This document shows, in pieces, positions 16,760-30,875 of a stretch of 64,000 nt of DNA. Position 1 is the stretch's first letter. The number at the start of each line of letters is the position of its first letter. Source of the stretch: the human T2T-CHM13v2.0 reference genome, Homo sapiens; the NCBI RefSeq assembly GCF_009914755.1, contig NC_060932.1, one strand, 5' to 3'. Both the position numbers and the translations under genes were made by a program. The notes under the pieces are model-generated. The model was not told where the DNA came from. It did no database searches and worked only from the letters and a program-made list of their open reading frames with translations.

Positions 16760-17200
16760 ATTTGCCTACCTTGTGCCAGCCACACTGAATGATTTGTGTT
16801 TTCGAAAGACCACATGCTGCTTTTGCCTCTTCAGTTTGCACATACTGCTCCTTCTGCCTGGAATGCCTTAATCTCTCTATCCTCTTGGAAAACCTTTAAT
16901 AATCCTCAATTAAATAGTCACCTTTTACAGGCCTTGCCTGACCACTGAATGCAAGGGAAAGTATCTCTTCCCTTCTGCTACTGTAAATCCTGGTAACTTT
17001 CTACCCCAGCACCCTACCCGGCTGTCATCATTGCTTCGCTACCTGTCTTGCCCCATTCAACAATGTGTACTTCTGGAAGGCAGAACTGTGCCCATCTATT
17101 GCTGTATTCTAAGCCTATTCCTGTGTTCTAGGCCAATTCCTGTATGTACAGACCATTAGATATGCTTAATACTTGATTGGGCAAACAATAAATAAATCAA
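16760..17200. mobile_element. L2 fragment
   Basis: ccagccacactg..tttgcacatactgctccttctgcctggaatgc...aatacttgattg. Confidence 0.6.
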
Positions 17201-17646
17201 AGTTTATTGGATGAAAGGATTTTACAAGATGGAATGGACAGGGACTTTTTTAAAATCTCAGAACATGACAGCAATGTACTGCCTTGCTTATCTCAGCCTG
17301 AACTTGGTTGAGGGAATTAATTATATGATAAAATAGTATGTGCTGTGCTGCCTGCACCTACCATTAGCTGACTTACTCCTCAAGACTTATTTTTTTCTAA
17401 GATGTAGTGTTGCGAGCTCCTGCCACTATAATTGAGGAGGCCTCTCGGCAAAGACTATTAGAAAAACCACCCCAAATCACAGAATCAAAGATCAATAATT
17501 CCCTTCCAGGTACCATCACACTATTAAGGTACAATTTACTATTTCTGTATTTATTTTTAGAATATGAAAACAACTTTGCCACATAGTACTCCTTTACTCA
17601 TGAAAGTATTTTGGCTAAGGTGCAAGGTGGAATGTGTACCTTAGGG

Positions 17647-17915
17647 CAGCCATTCCCAAACTTTTTGACACCAGGAACTCATTTCATGGAAGACAATTTT
17701 TCCAGAGGTTGGGCGAGTTGGTTTTGGGATGAAAATGTTCCACCTCAGATCATCAGGCATTAGTTAGATTGTCATAAGTAGCCGCAGCCTAGATCCCTCG
17801 CATGGGTAGTTCACAATAGGGCTTGTGTTCCTATGAGAATCTAATGCCACGCTGATCTGACAGGAGGCAGAGCTTAGGCAGTACTGGTCTGTGGCCTGGA
17901 GATTGGGAACCCCTG
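17647..17915. mobile_element. MER1B-like hAT-Charlie DNA transposon
   Basis: aactttttgacaccaggaac..tttcatggaagacaatttttcc..cacctcagatcatcaggcattag..aacccctg, with 8-bp TSD ccttaggg/ctttaggg. Confidence 0.88.
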
Positions 17916-19779
17916 CTTTAGGGGAATACTGTGTTCTGTCTTGCGTTTTGAATGGGCCTTATGTGCTTCTTTGGCTATAGACAGTATGAAGCAGTGAAAT
18001 CATATTTACCCTTCACAAAGCATTGTTGTAGAATCAGTTATTTCCTATCTGTTTACTCCTCGGTCAAATATGTTTTATTCTACTTCTAAATTTAAAAATA
18101 AGATTTTTGTCCTATAATTACTTAAATCTTCATTATTTCATGGGTGATAATTTAATCAAGCAGGTTTTAACTCACATGCAGATGAATTAGCAAATTTGTT
18201 TAACATTTTTTGAAATAAGATTAACCTTGAAATTAAAATTAGCTCAAAACTGCCTTTAAAAATTTGTAAAGGGTCAAGTGAATTTGAAAAGTCCGCAATT
18301 TAGTTATCTGGACTTTTATGCAAATGCTCATGTGCAAAGGACAATTCATTTTAATCTGAATTGTTATATAGCAAAATTTTTCTGCTATGTCAGCATAAAT
18401 CCCATTCTTGAGTCACTGCTCAACATGAAATTGAGTGTTAGGTTTTGATTCAATTGGTAAATGTCAAACCTAAATTCCTCTTCACCAGTTATTGGCTGTG
18501 AAGCCTTGGGATGTTTGTTTGCTTTCCTTTTGCCATAGTTACCTCATTTGAAAAACTTGACCCATGTATCATTTTAAATAATTATATAACGTATATGACT
18601 TGCTTACTATAGCCTAACACAGAGTAAATGTTTGACAAATGTTTGAGATGTTCATATGTCTTTTTTTCCCCTTTACTCTACTAAAAAATGTTACAACAAT
18701 GACTGAGCAAGAAACTTACTCTACATTTTTATTATAAGTCTAGCATATTGTATATGATATTATAGCAAATTGATGTGTATATGAAAGAATGAATGAATGG
18801 TCTTTCTCGTAATTAGAAAATAAGCAAGCTCAGAAAGTAAAAATAATTCATATTATAAACTAATTGCTTGATGGGGAAGAAATAGACTGGAAGATGTCCA
18901 AAGTTTATTTCCATTAAAAAATGCTGAAATATCCTTGTAAAACTAGGATATATTTAGGAAGCCACATAGAATGCATAAACATTCTTTTTTCATTATTATA
19001 GGTCTTGTCTATGTGGATCTGGATTTAAAATATATATACTAAACATAAGCAAAGTAGAAGAGAGATGGAGAGATTATGCAGAGTGATTTTTTTCTTATAT
19101 TGAAAAGCTTTCTTTACTACAAGTATATTTAATATACCTAAATACATGATGTAAGCCTGCTTTATAATAACCAAAGGGTATTTGTTTAAAAATGGAGAGT
19201 CTTATTTTTTAAATTATTGCTTCAGTTGAATTATAAATGAAATAACCCACTTCAAAAAGAAGATAGGGAAGGTAGGCAGTCTCTTTGGCCATTGGTTATC
19301 CCAATGCTTCCTGCCTAGCTAAATTTCTATGGCCATATTTGTATCTCTAGCTATCTCTTTTCTTTTATACTCATGATCAGATTTGTGTCTCAAGTGCACA
19401 TTAAGGTATACTTCATACCTTATAACAATTCAAAAATCAAAAATATATATTTTCTTTGTTCTCAGCAAAGAAACACAAATTTATTAGAAGAAACTTGTAA
19501 TGTAAATGTACTAGAAGATATTACACAATATTGCTAAAACAAACAACACAAGAATTCCATATTATACATGTCACACTAATTGTAAAATACTAAAGATACT
19601 GTCATTCTAAAATAAATTGCCAATTATAGAACATATATGAATAAAAATTTGAGGTAAACTGGTAATTTGGGGAATTGGTCATTTGACAAATTGCTTAATT
19701 TGGTGACTGGTTATCTTGCCATGAATCTATAATCCTTTTACTAAAATCTTTTAAAACAAAGCCTACCCTGTATGTTTAA

Positions 19780-19945
19780 GCATCCCAGCTCTGAAATCAA
19801 ACTATCAGGTGTCAAATCCTAACTCTGACACTAAATAGGTGATTAAATGATTATCCCTCTACCTCGGTTTCAGTGTGATGATTGAATGACATGATATATG
19901 TAAAGCACTTACCACAATACCAGGAACACAGAAAGCACCAGGATA
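19780..19945. mobile_element. MIR fragment
   Basis: ctctgaaatcaaac..tcaaatcctaactctgacact..ctcggtttc..atatgtaaagcactta. Confidence 0.6.
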
Positions 19946-21897
19946 ATAACCCTTTTATTGTCAAAAACGTAGGAACTGACAGTTGAGGTTTACATAGCCT
20001 GGTAATTTTGCCTTTGCAAGTTCAGAAGTAGCATCAAGATTACAACTTGTGAGAGATCCTGAATATACTTCAATCACCAAGTTTGTGCTATGATCTTTAA
20101 ATAGATGTGTTTTATTATGCATTTGTTATAACTATGAATTGATTCACTAAAAAATACCTGTGCGTTTAGGAATTAGTCCCAATAATTAAGTCCTATCATA
20201 TGGTTTTGTAATTAATTTAGTTTATTGCCTTACTTTAATATTGCTTTATTTTATGTTCTTTTCCTAATCTTTTTCAATGGCTTTTTTCTCTTGACTTAGA
20301 GGTTAGCATTGCTCTCTCATTTCAATATACTTATAATTAGATTTATTTAGAATGGAAGATATCAAACACTAGATGCCATCTTGCTAGCAAGAGCTTCAAA
20401 ACTTATTGAAAGTTTAAAATTTACTAAGTCCACTCTTACTAGAAGACTTTATGAACAGAATATATTACAGCATCAGCAATACCTGCATATACCAAAAATC
20501 TCACTATATATTTTTACTTATCTTAACTTTTTAACATGTTTTCCAACTAAATTTCCAGTGATTTTTGAGCTTTTACTCATTATTATAATTGTATTATCTT
20601 AAAAATGAAAGCAAACCTCCTTTCAGAAAAACAAATATATGATGGAACATTAAATGTAACCAGTTATAGGACTATACTACTATATGAGATTATTTTAAAA
20701 ATTCATAAATGACAGAATACAAAATATAAATTGAATTTCATAAATAGTTAAAAGCTTCTGATAAAGTTTCTATTAGTAACATACCTATATTACACAGAGT
20801 CTAAATTTTATAATTCTATTGTTTGGCACAGCATAGAATAAGCTAAATAAATGATTTCAGTATTTATTTTAATTTAAAAACAGTATGCAATGATTGTAAT
20901 CACTGATAGAAAACAATAATTAAATTAATAAGTCTACTTAAGACATTAAGAATTCATTCATTTTTGTGATAAAATAAAACGAATAGGCAAACTGTTGTAT
21001 TTGATATGTTATTTGTGTTCTACAGTAAGTACTATCCTCAGTCATCCTAGCTGGTCTGTATGTCACTTTTCTGGGCCTCCATTAGTTTGTCTGCATAAAA
21101 AAGTGACTGGATGAGAGGAGCCATAGTCCAATCATTGATTCTCCATTGATGAGTCTCTCGATCTAGGGCTACCTTAATTAAGACCGACTAATACTCTGGG
21201 AGAAGGTATTTCCTAATACATAATATCTTAATAAAATCAATTAATCAGTAAGACCAGTAGGTTTAAAATTTGTTGGCTGGATATGATTGGAAGATATGAA
21301 AATCTGTTATTCATTTCCTCATTCTTAATCCTATTTATTAATTTCTCTGCTTTAAAATATTTTATATGGTTATATTTTTATTATATGATCATATTAGAGG
21401 CACACATTCTACTAATAAAATAGTCCAACAAACGAAAGTTTGTTAATTTTGTACTCCACGCATGTTTTCTTCAAACATGGTCTTCTTTCAGTCCTAGGTT
21501 TCCATAAATATTCCTTAAAATGTGACAGTTTTATACTGTAACTTAAAGATGATAGAGAGCTCACAGAAGATTTGCATAGTTGTGTTCCCTAGAAAAGATA
21601 ATACTCAGAAAACAGAAATCAAATCAACACTTTGGTTTAACTTGTACCTGGAAGCCAGCAAAGCACTTTAAAAGTAAATCTAACTTTGTTGGTGTCTACT
21701 GAAAGCAGTAGAAATTATTGAATTTTTAATTTCTGGAAAGCTTAGGGGACCACATAGAGAGCACTCTTTTCTGAGCGCTCCGTCAGTTTCTTCCCAGAAG
21801 ACAGACTTATTGACATTTTTATTATTGATTTATTTGATATACATGCCTTTCATCTCCATATTTTTCTTCTCTTTCTCCCTCCCCCATTTCTATCTAG

Positions 21898-21996
<99 letters not shown>

Positions 21997-22057
21997 TAAA
22001 GTACACTTTAAAATGAGTACACTTCTAAGTATTGTGACTACATACATATATAGGTAT

Positions 22058-22060
<3 letters not shown>

Positions 22061-22104
<44 letters not shown>
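22061..22104 (+). repeat. (GT)22 microsatellite
   Basis: Perfect dinucleotide run 82 nt downstream of the exon donor. Confidence 0.98.
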
Positions 22105-22107
<3 letters not shown>

Positions 22108-24369
22108 GAATGATAAAATACTATTCAAAGAAGACTTTAGGTACCACTTAGGAAAGAATGATCTTAGGAGTGTGTTAATATCATGGAACTTCAAAACAAC
22201 TGCCTTCTGGTTTAGTTTGTTATACTGAAGTGGGACTGAACTTACAGTGTATCCTCATGTCCATTTTAAAAAGACATAATACCATAGTGACTGCAGGCCT
22301 AAATATTAAGTAGAAAATGGTTTTGAACATGCTTGTGTTTAAAGTAGGAAAAGGGATTGATGAAGATGTTAACGTAACAGACATGAATGGCAAGTTTCTA
22401 TCTTTGCTGGAATATTAATTCTGGAAAAAATTGACCAAGAACAAAACTCTTATATTAAATGTTTACTAAGAAGTAAATGCATCAGCGTGGTGATTCCTAT
22501 TTTGAAATTTTAATCACACAGAAGACAGTTGTCTTAATGCAGCAATGATACACACGTTATTTCTGCCTGTCTAGAACTGTCAGCAAAGCACATGATTTTA
22601 TTATGCCTCCTGCAAAAATGTCTCACCACCCAAATGTAAGAACAACTTAAGTTTCTAGTTGTGTTTCTTAAACAGTTTTTGTGTGAACCAGCACAATTTT
22701 CACTATAGAGAAGAAACTTAACAGTATTACAAAAAGTATAAGAAAGCTGTCATATTTTAAAACTTCTCATTATCAAATATATTTATACTAACTTATTCTA
22801 CTGCTTTATAACAGTCTCAGATTTTCTAAGTAATGCACCTGTGGCTTAGATTTTAGAAAATGTGTCTTGAGCAGCAAGGATACTTTAAGAATTCTTAGGT
22901 TCCATTGAAGTCCTTGTGGTAACAAAACATGTTTGATTCAGCCAAGCAGCAAAAATCCCTGAAGGATTTTTCCAGAGCCTCCAGAGGTGGTTACTCTTTT
23001 TTCTCCACTATAATAACTGTAATTAGAACTTGTCACCATTTGCTCACATTGGCAACTGTATTCAGGAACCAGAAGCAACGTTTCCAATATTGAGTTCAGT
23101 ATATTTGGACTAACATCTCACTTAAATAATTGTGCTAGCGATTGTAGTTCACCACTAATTTCTAAGATATAAAAAAGTAATTAAATTAATGTCTAGTTAT
23201 ATTCTATAAATTCAGATTATGAAGTAATTTTCAAATGCAAATCTTATGAATAAAATAATTGCAAATAATATATTAAGCACAACATTTTCAACTCACTGCA
23301 TTTTGTATCTTGCGATTTGGATGGTCATTTTAATCATATTTTTTATTTCACTGGGTAGAAATTATTTTTTCTTCTATATACACTAATTTGGGATAAATTA
23401 GACCAGAGAAATTTGTCCTATGGAATTGGCTTCATAGTATTTTGAAAGAAGGCTGAATTTTGAATCATAAGTCTTGAGTCCAAATCTGGTCTTCAGCACT
23501 TATTAACTGTGAACTCTGAGGCAAATCATTTGGCTCCATGGAGTCTCTATGAAAAATAATAAGACCAGATTTTCCAATAATAATAGTAGTCAGTGTTTAT
23601 TATACACATGATATGTGGTAACTCAGGTAAGCTTTGAAACAAATCTATGAAGTAATAAAACAAATAAATAAGTATCAGCAGTCATTTTTTTCATATAACT
23701 CTGATTTCCCACTGCTATTCAAGGTTATTTTTGTGAATTTTTGTAACTGCTTTTCTAATATCCATGTGCATGTCTAAAAGTTTTTATCTCATTTCTTTGG
23801 GGACAAGGTTGAAAACATGGACATAGTAGTCCTGGTTACTCATTTTATTACCTATTTAAATGCCATTAAGCAGTCAACCAAGTATTCTAGGTCATTAAAA
23901 AGATAGATGACTCCAAAAGGAGCATCCTAAAGATTTTCTGTTGGTCTCCTATTTACTGCCTCAAAGACTGGTAACATCTCCCTTGTTAGTCACAGTTTAG
24001 CCTCAATTCCAGTCTATGGGAAATCTATTTTGGAAAATAAAGCAAAGTTAAGGACCCTTGACAAACACAAATACCAGCCACTTTTCCAGGTTCGTTCCAT
24101 TGTGTAGGAAACTCCTCGTCCATATGAGTTGGTTTATATACTAACTTTCTAGATTCTCCATCTCCTGCTAGTTCATGAAGATACTTCTTGGAATTATCCA
24201 TTTGGATAGATTAATAGAAACCTCCCTATGCTGTCAATTTGGTCCAAAATATACATTCTGGGATAGTGAATCTTTCTTTAAAAATGGGATCCAGAGTGAT
24301 TTCCACAACCTCTCTGTGGATTGGGGTGTTATTCCAATGACAGACATGGCCTATGAATAGCACATTTGT

Positions 24370-24660
24370 ACGCTAAGGTGTTCTTTTGCTGACAATTTGC
24401 ATTCATGGAGTGACAGCAATCCTGTCTTACCTGAAAGATAGTGAGCTGTCTCATGGGCAGGAAAGCCTGGAAACTGAGATTCTTACAATGCTGGGCAGGC
24501 TGACAGTGCTGCATACTCTTGTGTTTTAAAAAGATCATTTTAATTTCTAGTAAGGTAAATACTGATAGATGTAATCCACATAAGCAAAAGCTGTTTAGGA
24601 TCCTCATTAACATTTAAGACTATAGAAAGAAACTGAGGACAAAAAGCTTGAGAACCACTC
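24370..24660. mobile_element. hAT-Charlie-type DNA transposon remnant
   Basis: Ends gatagatgtaatccacataagcaaaagc...aaaaagcttgagaaccact. Confidence 0.55.
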
Positions 24661-24749
24661 CCATAGAGTAACCAATATAACTAAATAACTAATTAACTAA
24701 CTAAATAAAAATAATGCAAACAGTAAGAAACCAAAGCAGATGTTACAAA

Positions 24750-26480
24750 TAAAAAACAAATAACGATATGGTAGATTAAAACACAACCATGTCAATGACT
24801 ATATGAAATGTAAATAGACCAAGCACTCCAGTTAAAGACAGAGATTAGAACAATGGATTTTTAAAATGACGATAGTTAATGTTATTTATATGAAATACAC
24901 ATTAAACATAAATACATACATATATTTAAATTAAAAAGATGGAAAATATATGCTATGTAAACGATAATCAGAAGAAAACCTCTGTGGTCATATTAATGTC
25001 AGAAAAAAAGTAGACTTCAAATAAAGAGTATGAATAGAGATAAACAGATGTTTTACAATGATAACAGGGTCAATGTATTAAATAGACAAAATAATTCAAA
25101 ACTACACCAAATAACTGAATTTTAGAATACATGAGGTAAAAACTGGCAATATTAAAGGGGGAAATTGACAAATCCATTAACATAGGGGGAGAGTTTAATA
25201 CTCCTTTCTTGCTTATTTAGAGAAAAAGTAGACACAATTCAGTACAAAATAAAATATTTGAACAACACAAAGTCAAACAATGTGTCTGTCATATAGAGGA
25301 TATTACCTTAAAATTACAATTTATATTTTCTATTCATGTGCATATGAACAATGACCAAGATGGCATTCTGGGCCATAAGCAAGTCTCAGTAAATGTTGAA
25401 TGACTGAAATAATACAGATAATATTCTCCCACCACAAATACAAGAGTAATTTATAATTGTTAATAATTCACAAATCAAAGAAGAAATTTAGAGGAAAATT
25501 GAAAAATAAAAGTACAAAATTAAAGTACATAATTAAAAAAAAATCTTCTTTGTGGATGAATTCCTATCAGTGTTTAGAGGAAGAAATGTAGATTTAAGTT
25601 GCTTATTAGAAAAAAAGAAAAGTTAAAAATCAGTGATATACACTTCCATCTTAAGAAGAGCAATTTGACTAATATCTCATAGTTGGTTCTTTGAAAAGAT
25701 TAATAAACTAACAAGCATGTAGTAAGGTTGATCCAAAAAAAGAAGAAACAATACAAATTATCAATTCATTAAAGAAAGAAGTGACATAACTACAGATTCA
25801 ACAGAAATTAAAAGATTAATAGAAAAAAATTAAACAATCAAAAATATTGATAGCCATGAATTTATAATTAAAAATCTTTCTACAAAAAAATCAAAACAGA
25901 AACAACCGGTATGCAATTGGTTAAGGAAACAGAATTTTCTGTTTAAAAATTTTGGGGTTAGTAGAAAAATGTCACCTTGCTAGAGGGAGTAACTTTCTGC
26001 AAGCCTCTCAGGTAAAAACTTAGAACAAAAGGCAATAGTTAAAGTTTAGTCTTCACTTCCCCCAAATCTGGGCTCTGTGTACTAGCAGATCTGTTAGGTG
26101 GGGATCCTCAGTGGGGGTCTGTTCAGATGTTGTCTTTAATTTCTATAGGGAAAGCAAACATCCCTGGAGCTTTAACTCCCTTGGCTATTGTTAAGACTAC
26201 TATTACCTTCTTGTTTAGCAAGTTACTTAATTACCTCTGGGGCTAGCCAGATGCCTGGAATTTCTCTTTAAAAAAACTTTGGGGTTTTTCTTTATTTCCC
26301 TGCTTGGAGTTTTGCAGGACTTCAAAAAAAAGGTCAGGGTGGAGGTCCTTGCTCAGGATCAATCTATCAAACATAAGAAATACATAATGCTAATCTTACT
26401 CAAACTCCTACAGAAAATAGAGGAGGAGGGACCATTTCACAAATAATTTGGTGAGCTAACATAATCCTGATACCACCTTA
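24750..26480 (+). mobile_element. Old L1M ORF2 (endonuclease region) remnant, interrupted by a probable LTR at about 25905-26360
   Basis: A-rich decayed ORF2 motifs: aaatgtaaatagacc..ccagttaaagacagagatt, tagacttcaa, ctgggccataa, tgacataactacagat. Confidence 0.7.
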
Positions 26481-26951
26481 TAGACAAGAATTAAATTGAC
26501 ATCTATGTTTTAGCAGTCCTTGGCCATCTCTCCAGGAAATTCCTCATTAGCCATTCTGCCAAGAGGGACTCCACACGGTGAATTGTTTGTCACCACCTGA
26601 TCTTCCCTTCTCTTCACTCCCAGGCTCTTTGCTAAGATCAAAATTCTTGCTCCTTTATAGATCAAATCAAATCAGCTCTACCTTTTTGTTTCCCTCACTA
26701 ATCCAAGCTATTTCCAGACATCCTCACTTTCCTTATCTACAAAGGCCCAACCAAATGTTTTCCTTAAAAATGAGCTCTCTGTCCTGCAGATGAGAAATGT
26801 CACTCTGTCACATGGCAGAAGCATCTATAGTCAGATTGTATTTAAAGACTTTTTTAATTCCCCATTACATTTCACTACATTTTGAAGTGGTAGTTGTTAT
26901 CAATCTTAATAGTTTGTTCTACTGGAAATAGACAATGACTTTAGATTTTGT

Positions 26952-27056
26952 TTTCTTTCTTTCTTTTCCTTCCTTCCTTCCTTCCTCCCTTCCTTTCTTC
27001 CCTCCCTTCCTTCCTTCATTCCTTTCCTTTCCTTTCCTTTCCCTTCTTCTTTTTTG
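26952..27056 (+). repeat. (TTCC)n low-complexity tract
   Basis: Seen directly. Confidence 0.9.
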
Positions 27057-27571
27057 TCAACAGGGTAAGGGTTCTTTTTGGTTAGAGTTCTTTTCTCATA
27101 ATAAAAAATATATATTACATATATAAGTTGCAGAAACTAGAAAGACAAGAAGAAACACCATTTTTGCTTCAAACATTTGAAGACCACTGCCGTGAATATT
27201 TTGATTCCAGTTTATTCTCATTCTGCTGTGTTTCCATGGTTTTTCTCTCCTGTTTTTCTTATTATTGTTGAGATAATACTATAGAGAAAATTGACATACT
27301 GACTTTTTAAAAATTGGACTTAATGAAAAACATTTTTATGTTGTTACTAAAGTCATGGTTAATATTTTTAAATTTTGTGTAATATTACATCAATCATGAA
27401 TAGTTATTTTTTCTGCTCTTTCTTTAACAGGAGATGTTAAAGGCTTCTGATACATTTTGCTGAATTTCTTCTCCAAAAAGCATACCATTAGCTGTAAAAT
27501 ATGAGTATCTAGAGTGTCATTAGCACAAGTTAATCTGTTTCACCATTTGGGGTTTTTTTGGGGCTATTTTC

Positions 27572-29560
27572 TTTTTTTTTTTTTTTTTTTTGCAGTTGCA
27601 AGATTTAATAGAGTGAAATAGAGTGAAAACAGAGCTCCCATACAAAGGGAGGGGACCCAAAGGGGGTTGCCATTGCCAGCTCCAATACCTGGGTTTATAT
27701 CCCGATCCTTGTCCCTCCCACTGTGCTCTCAGGCAATAGATGATTGGCTATTTCTTTACCTCCTGTTTTTGCCTAATTAGCATTTTAGTGAGCTCTCTGA
27801 TTGGTCGGGTGTGAGCTAAGTTGCAAGCCCCGTTTTTAAAGGTGGATGTGGTCACCTTCCCAGCTAGGCTTAGGGATTCTTAGTTGGCCTAGGAAATTGT
27901 TGGGGACGTTGGCCGACAACAACTCTAACTGCTTCCTGTTGAATTGGGGTGTAGTAGGGGTTGTGCAGTTGAGATTTCCTCGGGAGGGGTGCCTTCGATG
28001 TCATTAACATCGGAGCATGGGCTAGCAGGCCTGTCCAGGGGTCTATGGTAGCTCTTAGTCATGGACTGCATCTGGAGCTCCATTTGAAGAACGATTTGTA
28101 GTTTTACAGCTTTGACTCTGAAAGAGACAAACTTAACAAGGAGGTTAAAGATACAAGGATTGAAATGTATGGCCTGCAGTGCAGGGGATTACTTGTTTGG
28201 CACACTTTACAGGCCCTGACTATATGCTTGATAGTTTTGAAAAGGCCTGATCCAGTAAATAATAATTTGGCCATCTGATGGGTACTATCAATGCCTAAGT
28301 GAAAGGTTTGGTGAAGGGTTTTAAGTAATTTCCATTGGTTAGCTGCAGGCAAAAGTATTTTTTCTTCTTCGGTGGCTAGCCATCCTGAGGGGAGGAAACT
28401 ATGTCTTTGTGAGTTTCCTCATTCTATTTCTTCTTCTGAGTACTGGGGCTTTGTTTCCTGGAGGTGATTACTCCATACTAGGGGTCCTTCTATAAGCATT
28501 TCTAATGGAGGGTCCTGCCTTGCAGCTCTTTTGGCTTCAATATCCACTGGGCAGTTCCTTTCTATTTCCCTTTCCTTTCCTTTCTGGTGACCCTGGCAGT
28601 GTAAGACTGCCACCTTTTTAGGTTTCTGTACAGCCAATAGTAATCTCCTAATGGCTTCCTGATGTTTGACAGGTGTTCCCTCGGAAGTTAGGAATTCCCT
28701 TTCTCTCCATATTGCTGCATGGGCATGGAGGACTATGTAAGCATACTTAGAGTCTGTATATATATTTACCCTTTTCTCTACCCCTAATTCTAGTGCCCAA
28801 GTGAGGGCTATTAGTTCTGCCAGCTGAGCACTAGTTCCTAGAGTGAGGGGATTACTTTCAAGTATTCCGTTATCACCGACCACTGCATACCCCACTTTTC
28901 AAAGTCCTTTTTCTACAAAGGAACTTCCATCAGTATACAAGTTGAGGTCTGGATCAGTCAAGGGAACCTCTAAAAGGTCCCCTCGAACAGCATAGGTTTG
29001 AGCAATTACTTGTTGACAGTTATGTTCTATCTTTTCTTCATTGTCTGCAAGAAATGTGACTGGGTTAAGAGTTGCACAAGTGCACAGTTACAGCACTGGC
29101 CCTTCAAGTAATGGAGCCTGATATTTAAGTAAATGGTTGTCTGACAGCCACAAGTCTTCTTTAGCAGTGAGTATGCCGTTCACATCATGAGATGTCCACA
29201 CAGTAAGATCTCTTCCCTGTATTATTTTAACTGCTTCTGATACTAAGACTGCTACTGCTGCCACTACCCATAAACAATGAGAACAACCCTTTGCCACTAC
29301 ATCAGTTTCCTTACTCAGGTATGCCACGGGTTGCAAGCTGGTCCCTCGGACCTGTGAAAGGACTCCTAGAGCTATTCCTGTTTCTTCTGTGACATATAAA
29401 GAAAAGTCTTGCCCCGTTGGCAAGCTTACCACTGGGGCTTGGGTTAGGGCCTTCTTTAGGGCCTGGAAAGCCGCTTCTGCTTCATGTGTCCATCTTACTA
29501 AATGGGTATCGGCTTTCTGAGTTTCCTTAATTAGTGTGTATAATAGCCTGGCTATTTCGC
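27572..29560 (-). pseudogene. HERV-W processed pseudogene, 5'-truncated: pol (RT connection, RNase H, IN start), env remnants, LTR17 U3-R, poly(A)
   Basis: T-run 27572-27591 abuts the R end of an LTR17-like sequence with no U5. ORF fragments include AQLAELIAL...VNIYTDSKYA...VAVLHCQGHQ (RNase H), AFQALKKALTQAP and QPVAYLSK (RT connection), and HQTFHLG..CKVC (integrase zinc finger). Confidence 0.93.
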
Positions 29561-30292
29561 TTTTCATGGTGAAAAGAAAATTCTTATTTCTTTGTTTAAA
29601 GAATAATTTTTTTATTTCTTCAAAGTTGAATATCTCCTAATGTGTTTGATAGTCGGCTTTTATTTTCACTTTTTGTTAATAGGGTTTGTCTTTTTGTGTT
29701 TTAGTGATGATGTTTTTAGGCTTTAGTCTCTATGGAACATAATTTTGTTCTATTTTTCAAGGTGAAAATCTGAATAGGTATTTTTTACCAATAACTGACC
29801 AATGGCAAAAACAAAATTTACTTAGTAGGCTTTTCACTGGTTTTGCTTTTTTATGATATAATACATTTCTATAAGATCTATTTCTAGAATATCATCATTT
29901 TCGGCACATACTACTTTATATTAGTTTGTATATACTTTATAATAGGAATTATCTCTCTGCAATCCAGTCTTCCCAAGTCTATGACTTAACCTCATACATT
30001 TGGTTTACAGATGATTTTAGAATAAATCTGTTCAAATATATATAATGTATATTATATATCTCATTTTAGTTTTGTTTTTGTTCATTATGTTTAACTTTTA
30101 ATTTAGGAAAGATTGAGAAAAATTTATGTTAGAGAATTCAGGAGGAAAGTTTTGAGTAACAGAATCAATCACAGAGGATGTGAACTAAAAGTTCCAACGT
30201 CAAACTCCTTATGAACTAGTCATCACGGATTGTGTTAATATTCTTGGGTATCACTTGACAAAAATTATTTTTTCAGTTTCCTTACTCCTTAG

Positions 30293-30875
30293 TTTAGCAA
30301 GGTACAAGTTCTTGATCCATGACCAAGAAGTATAAGGCATGCAGACACCGGAGAGTGAGTAAGGCAGAGTAGGATTCATTAAGCAACAGAAAAGCTCTCA
30401 ACAGCAAGAGGGGAACCGAAAGTGGATTGCCAGAAATGGGGCTGAGTTTGGGTCTTTTATGTGGCAGAAACAAGGTAGTCTTCTGTGTGTTCTGCCTTAA
30501 TGAGAGAAGTAAAGCTGCCCCCTGTGGGTGTTGCATCTGTGTATGCCTAAGGTTGGCCAGAGTGACTCCATGTTGATTATTACTCATGAGTGCCTAAGCG
30601 AAACCCATAGAGGGAGGGTGGGGACAAAACTCCAATGTTAATGATATTACAATTGGCTCTGGGTCAAGTTAAGGACATTTAGTGGATTTATTTTGCCTTC
30701 ACCTAAGTTGGGACAGTCCCTTCTGAGCAGACATCCTGGTATAAGAGGAAGTTCTTAACCACGTTTCCACCCTGCTACATAGGGGCAGTGCAGATGCATT
30801 CCCGCGGGTTCTGTCTCTCTCCTTAGACCCTCCCTCTGTGTCTGCCTAGCCAGCCTCTAACTGTCTCCTCTCTCT
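30293..30875 (-). mobile_element. Solo ERV1-class LTR (subfamily not assigned)
   Basis: GC-richer block of about 580 bp with LTR-like ends (tttagcaagg..ttcttgatcc..accaagaag; gcctagccagcctctaactgtctcctctct). Confidence 0.65.

Noticed and set aside
28104-29567. Retroviral pol ORFs as a functional or domesticated gene
   Set aside because: Broken by stops and frameshifts, 5'-truncated, without a 5' promoter, and with env almost entirely deleted.
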